Notes: generated by a model from the letters alone, not told the origin. A stretch of 64,000 nt of DNA from Candidatus Multivoradales bacterium (GCA_965248925.1 CBDFLE010000005.1:1568001-1632000); one strand, 5' to 3'; positions 9,204 through 19,840 are shown, numbered from the stretch's first letter. A program made the numbers and translations.

Positions 9204-9635
9204 CGGACAAGATACCTCGAGAAATTCATTGTGAGCGCTGGATAGCCTATACGAAAGTCCACCGCTGACCATCTCCGAGCCAGGGTCGCCGCACTCGCCC
9301 GGGTGCAGCCGGACCCGCGCCTCACTGAGCCAAGACTCGTTGGTTTACAGAAGAGCCTACGCGAGTCTCACCGCACCGGATCACTCGAGGGTCCTCTCCA
9401 TCGGCAACAGTGTAACACTCCGGCTTGGCGATCGCGGCCTGCTCGAAAGAGCTGCCCGCTGACCACAGTAGATCGATCAGGTTGCAAGCCATTCGCCGCG
9501 TCGGACCGCCGGCCGGCGGAGCGTTCTGGCGATGCTCGAAGGTAGCCCACAGCCACTGCGGCGCTCAAAAAGTCTTGTGGATCACATGCTGTGCGGGTGC
9601 CAGCTCGGTTTTATCGAGGACTGCTCGAGACTTAC

Positions 9636-11039
9636 CTACGACTCCGAGGCTTGGTCGAGGAAGATCTTGCCCGGATTCATCAGTCCGGCGGGATCGAGGG
9701 CCTGCTTGAGCGAGCGCATCACCGCCAGCGCTTCACCGTGCTCGGCGGCCAAGAAACGGCTTTTGCCGATACCAACCCCATGCTCCCCGGTGCAGGTGCC
9801 AGACATCTCTTGGGCGCGCTCCACCAGCCGCTGATTGAAGCTCTGCGCCGCCTTCACCTCGGCCGCATTGGCGGGGTTGATGACGATGATGCAGTGGAAG
9901 TTACCATCGCCGACATGGCCGATGATCGGCGCCACCAGTGCCGCCCGCCCGAGGTCGCGCTTGGTCTCGAGCAAGCACTCGGCGAGCCGCGACAGGGGCA
10001 CGCAAACATCGGTCGACATCGCCCTGCAGCCAGGGCGCAAGGCCAGGGCGGCGAAGTAGGCTTGGTGGCGAGCGTGCCACAGCTGGGCGCGTTCGGCGCC
10101 GTCGTCGGACCAGCGGAAGTCCTCGCCGCCGTGATCGCCAGCTACCTGCCCAGCTTCTTCAGCCTCCTCGGCCACCGACGAGGGACTGCCATGAAGCTCC
10201 AAGAAAAGGGTCGGTCGCAGCGGGTTGTCGAGGCCCGAGTGACGATTCACCGCGTCGACAGCAACCTCGTCGAGCAGCTCGACCCGGGCCACCGGAATAC
10301 CCTGCTGAATCAGCTCGCTAGCGGCCTCGACCGCGTTCTCCAAGCTGGGGAAGGAGACCACCGCCGCCGACATCGCCTCGGGCAGCCCCCACACCTTGAC
10401 GGTGACTTCGGTGATCACCCCCAGAGTGCCTTCCGAACCGATGAACAGACGGGTCAGATCGTAGCCCGCCGAAGACTTGCGCGCTCGCCCACCGGTGTGG
10501 ATCAGGCGGCCATCGGCCAGCACCACCTGCAGGGCCAGCACGTTCTCCCGCAAGGTGCCGTAGCGCACCGCGGTGGTGCCGCTAGCACCGGTCGCCGCCA
10601 TCCCGCCGAAGGTGGCATCGGCGCCCGGATCGACCGGAAAAAACAGCCCGTGGTCTTCCAGCCGCCTACCCAGCTGCCGGCGGGTGACGCCGGCCTCGAC
10701 GGTCGCATCGAGATCTCCGGGCCGGATCGCCAGCACCCGATCCAGCCGCGACATGTCGAGCGACAGGCCACCGTGGACGGCCAGCACATGTCCCTCTAAC
10801 GAGGTGCCGGCACCATAGGGGATGACCGGCAACCGGTGCTCGGCACAGATGCGGACGATCGCTTGCACCTCGTCGGTCGAAGTCGGAAAGGCCACCGCAT
10901 CAGGCGGTTGCTGGGGATACCAGGACTCGTCGCGGCCATGCTCCTCGACGATCGACGGGCCGGTCGACAGGCGGTCGCCGAGCAGCCGGGTCAGCTGTTC
11001 AAGGGCGGACGCTGTCTGGGTAGGCTGAAGTCTCACCAT
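9636..11039 (-). CDS. FAD-linked oxidase (D-lactate dehydrogenase/GlcD family)
   Basis: PYGAGTSLEG, GSEGTLG, GHVGDGNFH, GEHGVG and DPAGLMNPGK motifs. Confidence 0.92.
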   Translation of the reverse strand: MVRLQPTQTASALEQLTRLLGDRLSTGPSIVEEHGRDESWYPQQPPDAVAFPTSTDEVQAIVRICAEHRLPVIPYGAGTSLEGHVLAVHGGLSLDMSRLDRVLAIRPGDLDATVEAGVTRRQLGRRLEDHGLFFPVDPGADATFGGMAATGASGTTAVRYGTLRENVLALQVVLADGRLIHTGGRARKSSAGYDLTRLFIGSEGTLGVITEVTVKVWGLPEAMSAAVVSFPSLENAVEAASELIQQGIPVARVELLDEVAVDAVNRHSGLDNPLRPTLFLELHGSPSSVAEEAEEAGQVAGDHGGEDFRWSDDGAERAQLWHARHQAYFAALALRPGCRAMSTDVCVPLSRLAECLLETKRDLGRAALVAPIIGHVGDGNFHCIIVINPANAAEVKAAQSFNQRLVERAQEMSGTCTGEHGVGIGKSRFLAAEHGEALAVMRSLKQALDPAGLMNPGKIFLDQASES

Positions 11040-11102
11040 GCCCTACCCTGACCGATCCAGCGGTGAGCGGTCAACAACCCGACGCCGACAGGACTCTGGA
11101 AC

Positions 11103-11480
11103 CTAGCCAGCCGAGACCTGTAATAACGTCTGCTCGGCGATCCGCGAGAAGATCTTATCCCGCGTCAACAATGGAGCATTGCGATCCAGAGCACACTGTG
11201 CAATATGCGCATCGGGTGTCGAGACCGAGATCCCTACCCCCCTGAGCTGGCGCCGCAGATGGCCGACTCGGATCCAATGTTGCAGTGAGGCCGAATGACA
11301 CGGCAGCCTGGCCAGCAGAGCGAGCAGCTCTGCCCGCAGCCCCTTATTCCTAGCGCCGCTGATCAGCTCGGCAGCAACGACCGGAGTCAGCGTTGCAAGA
11401 CCGAGGCGCAAGGCCTCTTCGAGGCCATCAACCCTCTCCCCGGCGAAGAAGTCTATCCACACAGAGGTATCAACGATCAT
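11103..11480 (-). CDS. vapC: PIN-domain toxin (VapC family)
   Basis: MIVDTSVWIDFF..EL..DAHIAQCA..LLTRDKIF. Start reassigned to ATG 11480. Confidence 0.88.
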   Translation of the reverse strand: MIVDTSVWIDFFAGERVDGLEEALRLGLATLTPVVAAELISGARNKGLRAELLALLARLPCHSASLQHWIRVGHLRRQLRGVGISVSTPDAHIAQCALDRNAPLLTRDKIFSRIAEQTLLQVSAG

Positions 11481-11679
11481 GCCGTTGCCGCGACTGATCG
11501 AGGTCGACATCGAGCTTCAGCCGGCCACGAAGAGCCACCGCTTGCTCGAAGGCACCTCCTCTGCAAACCCTGTCGAGCCCTTGGATCAGGGTCTCGGTAA
11601 TACCCTTGCCAGTGACCTCCATGGCCATCTGCAATCGGTCGCGGGGGATATTCGCGGTAATCCGCTTGATCTCGTTCAT
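11470..11679 (-). CDS. Probable VapB-type antitoxin
   Basis: 69 aa upstream of and overlapping vapC. KRITANIP..AMEVTGKGITETL resembles a ribbon-helix-helix N-terminus. Confidence 0.75.
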   Translation of the reverse strand: MNEIKRITANIPRDRLQMAMEVTGKGITETLIQGLDRVCRGGAFEQAVALRGRLKLDVDLDQSRQRHDR

Positions 11680-12007
11680 ACACTGATATTGACAGTCGTC
11701 CTGATCGCGAGTCAAGCGCGGCGCCTTGCTTCTTCAACTACTCACGACTCCCAGTTCCGTTCGCCGAAGCGGGTTAGTGGGTCTACCGTCTGGAGCAGGG
11801 TGAAGCGCGCTGGTTGGCGCAGATGAACGGCGGTCACGGCGAACGGCTGCTGTGGGCCAAGGACCACAGCCGGCGGCACCTCGACGTCGACGCGGTGAGA
11901 TTCATCCGCCGCTGAGCCTCTCGCTCATTCCAGTGAGGGCATCCCCGGCCAGACGGGACGCCCTCACCACCGGCGCATCGGCGGCTGCTCTGCTTTCAGC
12001 GTCTCGC

Positions 12008-13450
12008 CTACTGCTCGCTCAGCACGTAGAGCGAGCGCTCGCCGCGCAGGATCAGATCCCCGCCAACCGCCAGCGGCGAGGCTGAGAAAGCGTCGTCTAG
12101 ATGATTGACCGCAAGCACTTCGGGGGTCGCCGCCAGCCGCAACACCACCACCGTGCCAGAGCGGTCGGCGATGTAGATCCGTCCTGCCGCGCCTAACGGC
12201 GAGGCGAAGACCTGGCGCAGGCCGGGAAGGCGAAGGGGCCCCAGGAAAGGCTCTCCAGTTGCCGCCTGCAAGCAGGTCAAGATTCCTTGCAGATGGCGCA
12301 GGAAGCAGAGCTTGCCGTCATAGAGCAGCGGCGAAGGCACGTAGGGGGTCAGCCGATCGATCGACCAGGCGACGGCATCGGTGCCGGTGATCTCGCCGCT
12401 AGCTTGGTCGAGCTTGATCGCCAACAATGCCTGATGGTCGTAGCTGTTACCGACGAAGACCAGGCCGTCCCCGGCCACCGGCGAGGCCACCACGTTGCGC
12501 GACAAGCCGGCCAACTGCCAGACCACCTCGCCAGTGGCCAGGTCATAGGCGCGTACCCGGTCGGTGGCGGCGATAACCACCTGCGCGCCACATGGCCGCG
12601 GCACGATCAGCGGTGTCGACCAGGAGGTGATCTCCTGGCGACTCACCCGCCAGCGCTCCTCGCCAGTATTTTTGTCGAGGGCAACGACGAAAGATTCGCC
12701 TTGATGATCCCAATTGACCACCAGTGCGTCCCCCCACAAAGCTGGCGACGAGCCCTCACCATGGCTGTGGCGAACCAGCATGTCGCCGAAGTCTTTCTGC
12801 CAACGGATCTTGCCCGCCTGATCGAGGGCGTAGAGTCCCTGAGAACCGAAAAAAGCCCACACCATCCGCCCGTCGGTCAGCGGCGAAGCCGAGGCCCAGC
12901 TAGCGGTGGCGTGGGTCGCGTCGTGCGGCTGTTGGTCGCGCACCGTGGTTTGCCACAATACCTTGCCGTCGCCGCGGTCGACAGCCATGACAATGAAACG
13001 CAGCCGGCGATCCGGCGCCAAGTTGTGGTGGGCGCCGTGGGCCTCCTCGGTCGCTACCTCTACGGTACCGCCGTGGGCCACCGCGGCGGTGAGGTAGATC
13101 CGCTGCCCCCACGCCACCGGCGTCGAATGGCCCAGCCCCGGCAGTTTCACTTTCAGTCGAATATGCCGCTCCTCGGACCATTCGACCGGTGGCTCGGCGG
13201 TCGGCGCCACCCCATTGGCAGCCGGGCCGCGCCATTGCGGCCACTGCTCGGCACCAGGAAAGTCTGCCACCGACCGACTCTCACAAGGAGACTTGGCCGC
13301 TGCCTCAGACGAACGCGGAGTGGCGGGCTGAGCTTCAGCTCGACCCACTGCCAACAGCAGCAAACAGCCAAGCAGGAGGGGCGAGCCGCGCTCCATGCTG
13401 CACTTGCTCACTGACCAACGCCGGCTGGCCAGGCTAATTTTTCCCTTCAT
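12008..13450 (-). CDS. PQQ-binding-like (BamB-like) beta-propeller protein, secreted
   Basis: WPQWRGP, GHSTPV, GEGSSP, SWSTP and ASP repeats with a signal peptide. The start may lie slightly downstream (MERG..). Confidence 0.88.
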   Translation of the reverse strand: MKGKISLASRRWSVSKCSMERGSPLLLGCLLLLAVGRAEAQPATPRSSEAAAKSPCESRSVADFPGAEQWPQWRGPAANGVAPTAEPPVEWSEERHIRLKVKLPGLGHSTPVAWGQRIYLTAAVAHGGTVEVATEEAHGAHHNLAPDRRLRFIVMAVDRGDGKVLWQTTVRDQQPHDATHATASWASASPLTDGRMVWAFFGSQGLYALDQAGKIRWQKDFGDMLVRHSHGEGSSPALWGDALVVNWDHQGESFVVALDKNTGEERWRVSRQEITSWSTPLIVPRPCGAQVVIAATDRVRAYDLATGEVVWQLAGLSRNVVASPVAGDGLVFVGNSYDHQALLAIKLDQASGEITGTDAVAWSIDRLTPYVPSPLLYDGKLCFLRHLQGILTCLQAATGEPFLGPLRLPGLRQVFASPLGAAGRIYIADRSGTVVVLRLAATPEVLAVNHLDDAFSASPLAVGGDLILRGERSLYVLSEQ

Positions 13451-13789
13451 CAGTTACCTCTTGGCTCCCTTGGCATCATTGCAGTCCGAGGGTGGCACGA
13501 ATCGACCCGGAGAGCGCAGCAGGTCCAGGCCCTCGAGCCGCGAACCTATTTTCCTGTTCACCGCATCTTCCAGCAGCCAAATCCGTAGGAGCAAACAACA
13601 GACTTCAGCGAATCTCGGCGTCGCCACGGAAATCGCAGCGAGTAGACTATGCACACGCTACGAATAAGACCTGGCAAAGTCGCGTAACCACTTCTATCCC
13701 CGAGGCTCCCAGCCTTTGGGATCGAGCGAAACAAGCCCTCGGGCGCAGAGCCCCTGGCACAAATCACCAGAAACAGACGAGGAATTCCC

Positions 13790-14566
13790 ATGAGTCGCAA
13801 CTCGCGAGCCTTGCACAAGATCGCCCTAGCCGCTGGCGCCAGCCTGCTCCTGCTGACCCCTTTAGTCGCCGAAGACGCCCTGACTCTCGACCAAATCCTG
13901 GCCAAGAATTACGAGGCTCGCGGCGGCGTCGACCAGCTGCGAGCGCTCAAAAGCATGCGCACCACCGGCACCCTGGCCATGCAGGGCATGGTGATGCCGA
14001 TGACCATCGAAGCCAAGTCGGAGCAGTTCCGCCTTGAGATCAGCGTCCAGGGCAACAGCATCGTACAGGTGATTGATGTTGATAGCGGCTGGATGATCAA
14101 TCCGATGATGGGAAGCTCGGAGCCGCAGAAAATGCCCGACGACATGCTAAATGCGATGAGTGACCAGACCGATCTCTCCGGGCCGCTGGTCGATTGGCAA
14201 GAGAAGGGGCACACCGTCGAGCTGATCGGCCGCGAAGAGGTCGCAGGCACCGACGCCTATCACTTGAGGATCACCCTCAAGAGCGGCAACGTCACCGACC
14301 TCTATCTCGACGCCGAGCACTTCATCGAATTCCAGAGTGTCGGCAAGCGCACGATCAACGGCCAGGAACTCGAGAACACCACCACTCTCGGCGACTACAA
14401 AGAGGTCGACGGTCTGATGGTGGCACACTCGATCGAGGTCAAGACCGCCGGCATACCGGCCTCGCAGAGCATGACGCTGGAGAAGATCGAACTCAATGTC
14501 GATATCGCAGCAGACCGCTTCACCATGCCCGAGCCCACCCCGGCCGCCACTGGCACCGACGGCTAG
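13790..14566 (+). CDS. Secreted LolA-like/lipoprotein-sorting family protein
   Basis: Signal peptide, EARGG, DYKEVDGLMVAH and C-terminal NVDIAADRFTMP. Co-oriented 18 bp upstream of the VPS10 protein. Confidence 0.7.
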   Translation: MSRNSRALHKIALAAGASLLLLTPLVAEDALTLDQILAKNYEARGGVDQLRALKSMRTTGTLAMQGMVMPMTIEAKSEQFRLEISVQGNSIVQVIDVDSGWMINPMMGSSEPQKMPDDMLNAMSDQTDLSGPLVDWQEKGHTVELIGREEVAGTDAYHLRITLKSGNVTDLYLDAEHFIEFQSVGKRTINGQELENTTTLGDYKEVDGLMVAHSIEVKTAGIPASQSMTLEKIELNVDIAADRFTMPEPTPAATGTDG

Positions 14567-14584
14567 AACGCGGAGCGCGAGACC

Positions 14585-17500
14585 ATGGACCGATCGATCA
14601 GCTGGCTGCGCCCCGCATTCTTGGCGGCAACTCTCTTAACTCCTGCCGTGTTGGCTCCGGTGACGCTCTACGCTACCGCCGGCTTCGATTCCAACACCTT
14701 CGGCGCCTTGCGAGCCCGGCCGATCGGCCCAGCGGTGATGGGTGGCCGGGTGGCATCGCTCGATGCCATTCCCGGCGATCCTCTCACCCTCTATGTTGGC
14801 GCTGCCGGTGGCGGTCTGTGGAAATCCGCCGACGGTGGCATCAGCTTCACCGCCATCTTTGACGATCACAATCAGTCGATTGGCGCCATCAAGGTCGACC
14901 CCTCAGCTAGCGATACTCTGTGGGTAGGTACCGGCGAGTCCTGGACCCGCAACAGCGTGTCGGTCGGCGAAGGGGTGTTCAAAAGCACCGACGGCGGCGA
15001 CAGCTGGAACTTGGTGGGACTCGAGAATAGCGAGCGCATCAGCGAAATCTTGGTCCATCCCGAAGACAGCGCCACGGTTTGGGTGTGCGCCACCGGCCAG
15101 CTGTGGAGCGGTAACGAGGAACGCGGCGTCTTCCGCACCACCGATGGCGGCGAGACTTGGAAGAAAGCCCTCTACGTCGATGCCGACACCGGCTGCGCCG
15201 ACCTCGACATCGATCCCCAAGATCCGTCGATCCTCTACGCCTCCATGTGGCAATTCCGCCGCTCACCCGACTTCTTCAACTCCGGCGGCCCTGGAAGCGG
15301 TCTCTACAAGTCGGTCGATAGCGGCGAATCTTGGCGCCGGCTCGAGCAAGGTTTGCCTAGCGGCGAGTTGGGGCGCATCGCCATCGCAGTCGCCCCCTCG
15401 CGGCCGAATCTGGTCTACGCCACCATCGAGGCCGAGCACAGCGCCCTCTATCGCTCCGACGATCTGGGCGAGAGTTGGAGAATGGTCAACGACTCCACGA
15501 TAGTGACTCTGCGACCGTTCTACTTCGGCCTTCTACGGGTCGACCCCAGCGACTACCGGCGGCTCTACAAACCAGGTTTCTTTCTGGCGGTTAGTACGGA
15601 CAGCGGTGAGAGCTTCAACATGCAGATTGGCGGCACCCACCCCGACCACCACGCCCTGTGGATCGACCCTGGCAACGCCAAACATCTGCTCCTCGGCACC
15701 GATGGCGGAGTCTACGAGTCCTTCGACCACGGCACTGGATGGCGCCATCTCAACCAGTTGCCTATCAGCCAGTTCTACCGTGTTTCCCACGACCTCGAAG
15801 AGCCCTACAACGTCTACGGTGGTCTGCAAGACAACGGTACTTGGACCGCACCCTCACGCGGGGCGGGCGGGATCTTCGCCCGAGATTGGCAGAATATTGG
15901 CTTTGGCGACGGTTTTTGGGCCTTTGCCGATCCCCAGGATCCGCGGATCAACTTTGTCGAATTCCAGGGTGGCCAACTGCTACGGGTAGACCGCGAAACT
16001 CAAGAGACGAAGTGGATCCAGCCCTTTGCCGAAGGCGAGCAGGAGCGCTTGCGCTTCAACTGGAACACCCCGATCCACCTCAGCCCCAACGACCCCAAGA
16101 CTCTCTACTACGGCTCCCAGCACCTCCACCGTTCCCGTGATCGGGGGGATTCGTGGTCGACCATCTCGCCGGATCTGACCACCGACGACCCGGCCAAGCA
16201 GCGTCAGCACGAGTCTGGCGGTTTGTCGATCGACAACTCGACGGCCGAGAATCATTGCTCGATCTACACCATCTCAGAGTCGCCAAAAGACCCCAAGGTT
16301 CTGTGGGTAGGTACCGACGACGGCAACCTCCAGCTCAGCCGCGACGCCGGCCAGAGTTGGACCAACGTCACCCAGGAGATACCCGACCTGCCACCAAACA
16401 CCTGGGTTTCCTTCGTTAGCGCCAGCCCGCACGACGCCGGCACGGCCTTTGTCACCTTCGATGGTCATCGCAGCGGCGACCCAACGCCGCGGCTCTATCG
16501 CACCACCGATTTCGGCGCCACCTGGCACTCGTTGATCGGCCACGATGCGGAGAGCCAATCCCCCGAAGTCAAAGGCTACACCCACGTCATCAAGCAAGAT
16601 CCGGTGAATCCTGACCTGCTCTTCCTGGGCACCGAATTCGGCCTCTACCTAAGCCTCGACGGCGGCCAAGATTGGGCTCGTTTCAAGGAGAACCTGCCGC
16701 CGGTGTCGGTGCGCGATCTGTCGATCCACCCCACCGAGCACGATCTGATTCTCGCCACCCACGGACGCGGCATCTACATCATTGACGACATCACCCCGCT
16801 GCGCGCCCTGCGTCCGGAGATGCTCGACGAAAAGCTAGTCCTGTTGCCATCACGGCCAACCAAGATGCCCCTCGGCGGCGGCCTACAGCTATTCGGCGGC
16901 TCGGGAGAGTTCGTCGGTGAAAACCCACCGGCCGACGCCGCGATTACTTACTACTTAAAGAAACGCCATCTCTTCGGCGATTTCAAGATCGAGATTTTCA
17001 GCCAGGATGGGGAACTCATCACCACCCTGCCAGCGAAAAAGCGACCGGGCCTCAACCGGGTTGGCTGGCCGATGCGGCTGAAACCCCCCAAGCTAGCCCG
17101 CGCCACCAATCTGGTGCCGGTTTTTGGCGGCCCGCGAGTCCCCGAAGGGACCTATCGAGTGAAGTTGATCAAGGGCAAGCAGACCGTCGAGGGCGAAGTG
17201 CAACTGGTCGCCGATCCACGCTCGCCGCACGCGGCCGCAGATCGTGCCCTACAGCAGAGCAAGGCGCTCGAGATCTACCACGCTCTGGCGGATCTGACTT
17301 ACCTGACCGAAAGCCTCGACGAACTCGACCAGGCAATGACGAAGCGCCGAGAAGGCCTGGCTGAGAAAGGCCGCCTGGCCCGCGACCTCGATCAGCTGAG
17401 CGAACACCTGGAGGAAACGCTCGGTCAGCTGGTGTCACGCTCCAAGGCCGGCCGCCTATCGGGCGATGTGCAGCTGCGCGAGAAGCTCGGCGCCCTATTC

Positions 17501-17806
17501 GGCGCGGTCAGCACCTACGATGGCCGGCCCACCGATTCTCAGCTCGGCCGCACAGATACTCTGCTCCGCCAGATGCAGCAGCTCGGCGAGACCGCCGACA
17601 GCTACCTTGCCGAAGCCCTGCCGGCACTCAACAGACAGCTCGAGCGCAAGCAGCTGCAACCCTTGGAACGGCTTTCACGCCGAGCCTGGGAAGAGCGAGA
17701 CGATGGGAGTGGCACCTCGACGGCTGGAAGCACGGCCGGAGTGCTCAATCGTCAGCAACGTAGGCTGCTAGCGGCAGCCACCAAGCTGGCTTGGTTAGCT
17801 TTTTAG
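14585..17806 (+). CDS. VPS10/BNR (Asp-box) repeat glycosyl hydrolase-like protein
   Basis: RPIGPAVMGGRV and many SxDGGxTW Asp-boxes, GGLQDNG, RFNWNTP, ATHGRG. Signal peptide. Confidence 0.9.
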   Translation: MDRSISWLRPAFLAATLLTPAVLAPVTLYATAGFDSNTFGALRARPIGPAVMGGRVASLDAIPGDPLTLYVGAAGGGLWKSADGGISFTAIFDDHNQSIGAIKVDPSASDTLWVGTGESWTRNSVSVGEGVFKSTDGGDSWNLVGLENSERISEILVHPEDSATVWVCATGQLWSGNEERGVFRTTDGGETWKKALYVDADTGCADLDIDPQDPSILYASMWQFRRSPDFFNSGGPGSGLYKSVDSGESWRRLEQGLPSGELGRIAIAVAPSRPNLVYATIEAEHSALYRSDDLGESWRMVNDSTIVTLRPFYFGLLRVDPSDYRRLYKPGFFLAVSTDSGESFNMQIGGTHPDHHALWIDPGNAKHLLLGTDGGVYESFDHGTGWRHLNQLPISQFYRVSHDLEEPYNVYGGLQDNGTWTAPSRGAGGIFARDWQNIGFGDGFWAFADPQDPRINFVEFQGGQLLRVDRETQETKWIQPFAEGEQERLRFNWNTPIHLSPNDPKTLYYGSQHLHRSRDRGDSWSTISPDLTTDDPAKQRQHESGGLSIDNSTAENHCSIYTISESPKDPKVLWVGTDDGNLQLSRDAGQSWTNVTQEIPDLPPNTWVSFVSASPHDAGTAFVTFDGHRSGDPTPRLYRTTDFGATWHSLIGHDAESQSPEVKGYTHVIKQDPVNPDLLFLGTEFGLYLSLDGGQDWARFKENLPPVSVRDLSIHPTEHDLILATHGRGIYIIDDITPLRALRPEMLDEKLVLLPSRPTKMPLGGGLQLFGGSGEFVGENPPADAAITYYLKKRHLFGDFKIEIFSQDGELITTLPAKKRPGLNRVGWPMRLKPPKLARATNLVPVFGGPRVPEGTYRVKLIKGKQTVEGEVQLVADPRSPHAAADRALQQSKALEIYHALADLTYLTESLDELDQAMTKRREGLAEKGRLARDLDQLSEHLEETLGQLVSRSKAGRLSGDVQLREKLGALFGAVSTYDGRPTDSQLGRTDTLLRQMQQLGETADSYLAEALPALNRQLERKQLQPLERLSRRAWEERDDGSGTSTAGSTAGVLNRQQRRLLAAATKLAWLAF

Positions 17807-17828
17807 CAGCCACCGCGGCCATCGAAGC

Positions 17829-17849
17829 GGGGCGCAGGTTTTGCGCCCC
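17829..17849. terminator. GC-rich hairpin after the VPS10 gene, possible terminator
   Basis: GGGGCGCA-GGTTT-TGCGCCCC, 22 bp after the stop. No canonical U-tract follows it on either strand. Confidence 0.3.
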
Positions 17850-18064
17850 AAAAAAGCCCCCTTCCCACCAAAAAGTGTCAATCATATTTTGGGGAAAGTG
17901 GGTAGTGGGCCTCCAGAGTTCGAAAACCGCTAGTCCATGCATTCCGTGAGGCAATCTGGGAAAATCAACTAGGCCCGATTTGCTGATTTGCGGCCGCGGA
18001 TCCTGAGAGGATTCAAAGTGGCCGCTTTCCGGGCGGTCCGTGGCAACAGTCAACCGCTTGGCAT

Positions 18065-18092
18065 TGGAGCTACCCCGGTTTGGTGGACAGTT
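18065..18092. mobile_element. Orphan IS3-family-like terminal inverted repeat
   Basis: TGGAGCTACCCCGGTTTGGTGGACAGTT resembles IS3-family ends (TG..CCCCGG.TT.GTGGACA) as recalled. No partner end was seen. Confidence 0.35.
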
Positions 18093-18279
18093 AATCTCTT
18101 CGAACCTCCGTCGCCTTCGGGGGTGTTTGGAGCTGTGGGAAACGCGTAGCGTTTTCCAAGCAGATGCGGTGATCGCTCAGCGATTTCCGCAGGAGCGGCA
18201 GCATGCGGCCTTGCAAGATACGGCAGGTGGTTTCGACGAGGGTTCCCGGTTCTGCGATGTAGCGAAATCTGCTTGGCAT
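18091..18279 (-). pseudogene. N-terminal remnant of a Y1/RAYT-like (IS200-fold) transposase
   Basis: Strong RBS (AAGGAG). MPSRFRYIAEPGTLVETTCRILQGRML resembles RAYT N-termini (R-x-R..G..V.T.R..QG..L), then the sequence degenerates. Confidence 0.45.
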
Positions 18280-18361
18280 TGGGTGTCTCCTTATTCGAAA
18301 GGAGAGGTGAAACGCTTGGGCAATCTTGTCCTGAGGTTGAAGAAACTTCGGCCGCGCGGCC

Positions 18362-19840
18362 TCAGAAGCCAGCGGTTTCCGGGCGCTGGTAGGTCATCAA
18401 TCGCTGTAGCACCTTGAGTTCCAGCGGCAAGGCGTAGATCCGCGTGTGGTAGCGCCAGCCGGCGGCCGCCTTGAGAATCCATCGCCAAGCTCCAGAGAGG
18501 CGAATATCGGTGGAAGTCGGATAGTAGGCGTTGAGCACTTTCTCGAAGTTGCGAATGCGGCGGTGGATCGGGTCGCGCATCCAGGGCAGGCCCTCCGCGC
18601 GGCGCTGCGAAAACTCCCGCCATTGCGGGTCGACCCAGCCCTCTAAGGTGTCGGGAAAAGCAAAGCCGGACGCCTTGGCCCGGTCATAGAGTTCCCCCGA
18701 CAGTGGCACCGGCGTGTAGAGATAGAAGATGATCTCGGTCGCCGGATTGATCTTCTTCAACCGGCGAATCAGCTTCAAAGTGGCAGCGGCATCGGCTTCT
18801 GGGTCGGGTGGGTTGCCGAGCACGAAAGAGAGTTCTGGAACGATACCGAGACGCTTCATCTTGGCGACGATTTCGAGCGTCTTCGCCACCGACGCGGTGC
18901 CCCCCTTGTCCATTCGCTGCAAGGTAGCGTCGGAGCCGGATTCGGCACCCAAGAAGACCATTCTCAGCCCACTGCGACGCATCAGCTGCCACGACTTGTC
19001 GCTGTATTTGAGCAAGGTGTCGATGCGCGCCTCGCCCCACCACTGGATGCCAAGGTCCATGATGCGCTCGCAGAACTCGGTGGTACGCGCTTGGTGAACG
19101 AAGAAATTATTGTCGAAGAATTCCACCGAGTCGGCGCCAAATTCTTCCACCAAACGGCGAGTCGCTGCGGCGGTGCGCTTGGCCGACTGCGGCAGCCAAC
19201 CACCCTTGACCATGTTTACCACGGCGCAGAAGTTGCACAAGAACGGGCAACCGTAGGACGAGTGGTGCGACATCGTGCGCTCGCCCATGAAAGTGCGGCG
19301 AGCGTAGCGCCTCATCTCTACTCGATGGTAGGGAAAGTCGGGCAGTTCTTCAGGCTCGGGAATCACCGGCATGCCGGTGGTGGTGGGCTCGCCGCTGGTG
19401 GCATCACGGAACGCCAGCCCTTTCAAGTCAATCAGCTCGGCACCTCCATCGAGCCGGCAGAGCAGGTCACGGAAGACGCACTCGCCATGACCGCGCACCA
19501 CGTAGTCGACGTAGCTCGCCCGCAGCACGACCTGCCAATGCTGGGTGGGGAAATAACCGCCCCAGACAATGATCAAGTCTGGGAATAGCGCCTTGAGCTG
19601 GCGGCAGAGCGGGACCGCGTGCTCAAGCTGAGGTCCAGGCATCACGGTGAGCGCCAAGATGCGGACCTCGTCGCGGCGAATCTGCCGGCTGAGTTCCGCC
19701 TCACCGTCGGTAAGCAAATTGCCATCGACTATCCGGTAGGCAACGTCCGAATCCTCCAACAGCGCCCCCAGGGCGAGCAGCGACATCGGCAAAATAGGTT
19801 TCTTGTTGGCTGAACTCGGCGGGTTGTAGAGCAGCAGCAT
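18362..19840 (-). CDS. Cobalamin-binding radical SAM protein (paralog type A)
   Basis: N-terminal B12-binding Rossmann (LLYNP..MSLLALGA..VWGGYFP..GHGE), GCPFLCNFC CxxxCxxC, GAESGS. Confidence 0.92.
   Translation of the reverse strand: MLLLYNPPSSANKKPILPMSLLALGALLEDSDVAYRIVDGNLLTDGEAELSRQIRRDEVRILALTVMPGPQLEHAVPLCRQLKALFPDLIIVWGGYFPTQHWQVVLRASYVDYVVRGHGECVFRDLLCRLDGGAELIDLKGLAFRDATSGEPTTTGMPVIPEPEELPDFPYHRVEMRRYARRTFMGERTMSHHSSYGCPFLCNFCAVVNMVKGGWLPQSAKRTAAATRRLVEEFGADSVEFFDNNFFVHQARTTEFCERIMDLGIQWWGEARIDTLLKYSDKSWQLMRRSGLRMVFLGAESGSDATLQRMDKGGTASVAKTLEIVAKMKRLGIVPELSFVLGNPPDPEADAAATLKLIRRLKKINPATEIIFYLYTPVPLSGELYDRAKASGFAFPDTLEGWVDPQWREFSQRRAEGLPWMRDPIHRRIRNFEKVLNAYYPTSTDIRLSGAWRWILKAAAGWRYHTRIYALPLELKVLQRLMTYQRPETAGF

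Noticed and set aside
7200-13414. Long antisense ORFs (7200-8456, 9591-10799, 12287-13414) and similar ones at 24719-26095, 27781-28992, 51723-52898 and 53336-54481
   Set aside because: They mirror well-supported genes on the opposite strand, as expected in high-GC DNA, and contain no motifs.
12008-13450. PQQ-propeller protein as the dehydrogenase partner of the XoxJ-like fusion
   Set aside because: It has the BamB-like WPQWRGP family pattern without the size or catalytic motifs of PQQ alcohol dehydrogenases, and it is 20 kb away.
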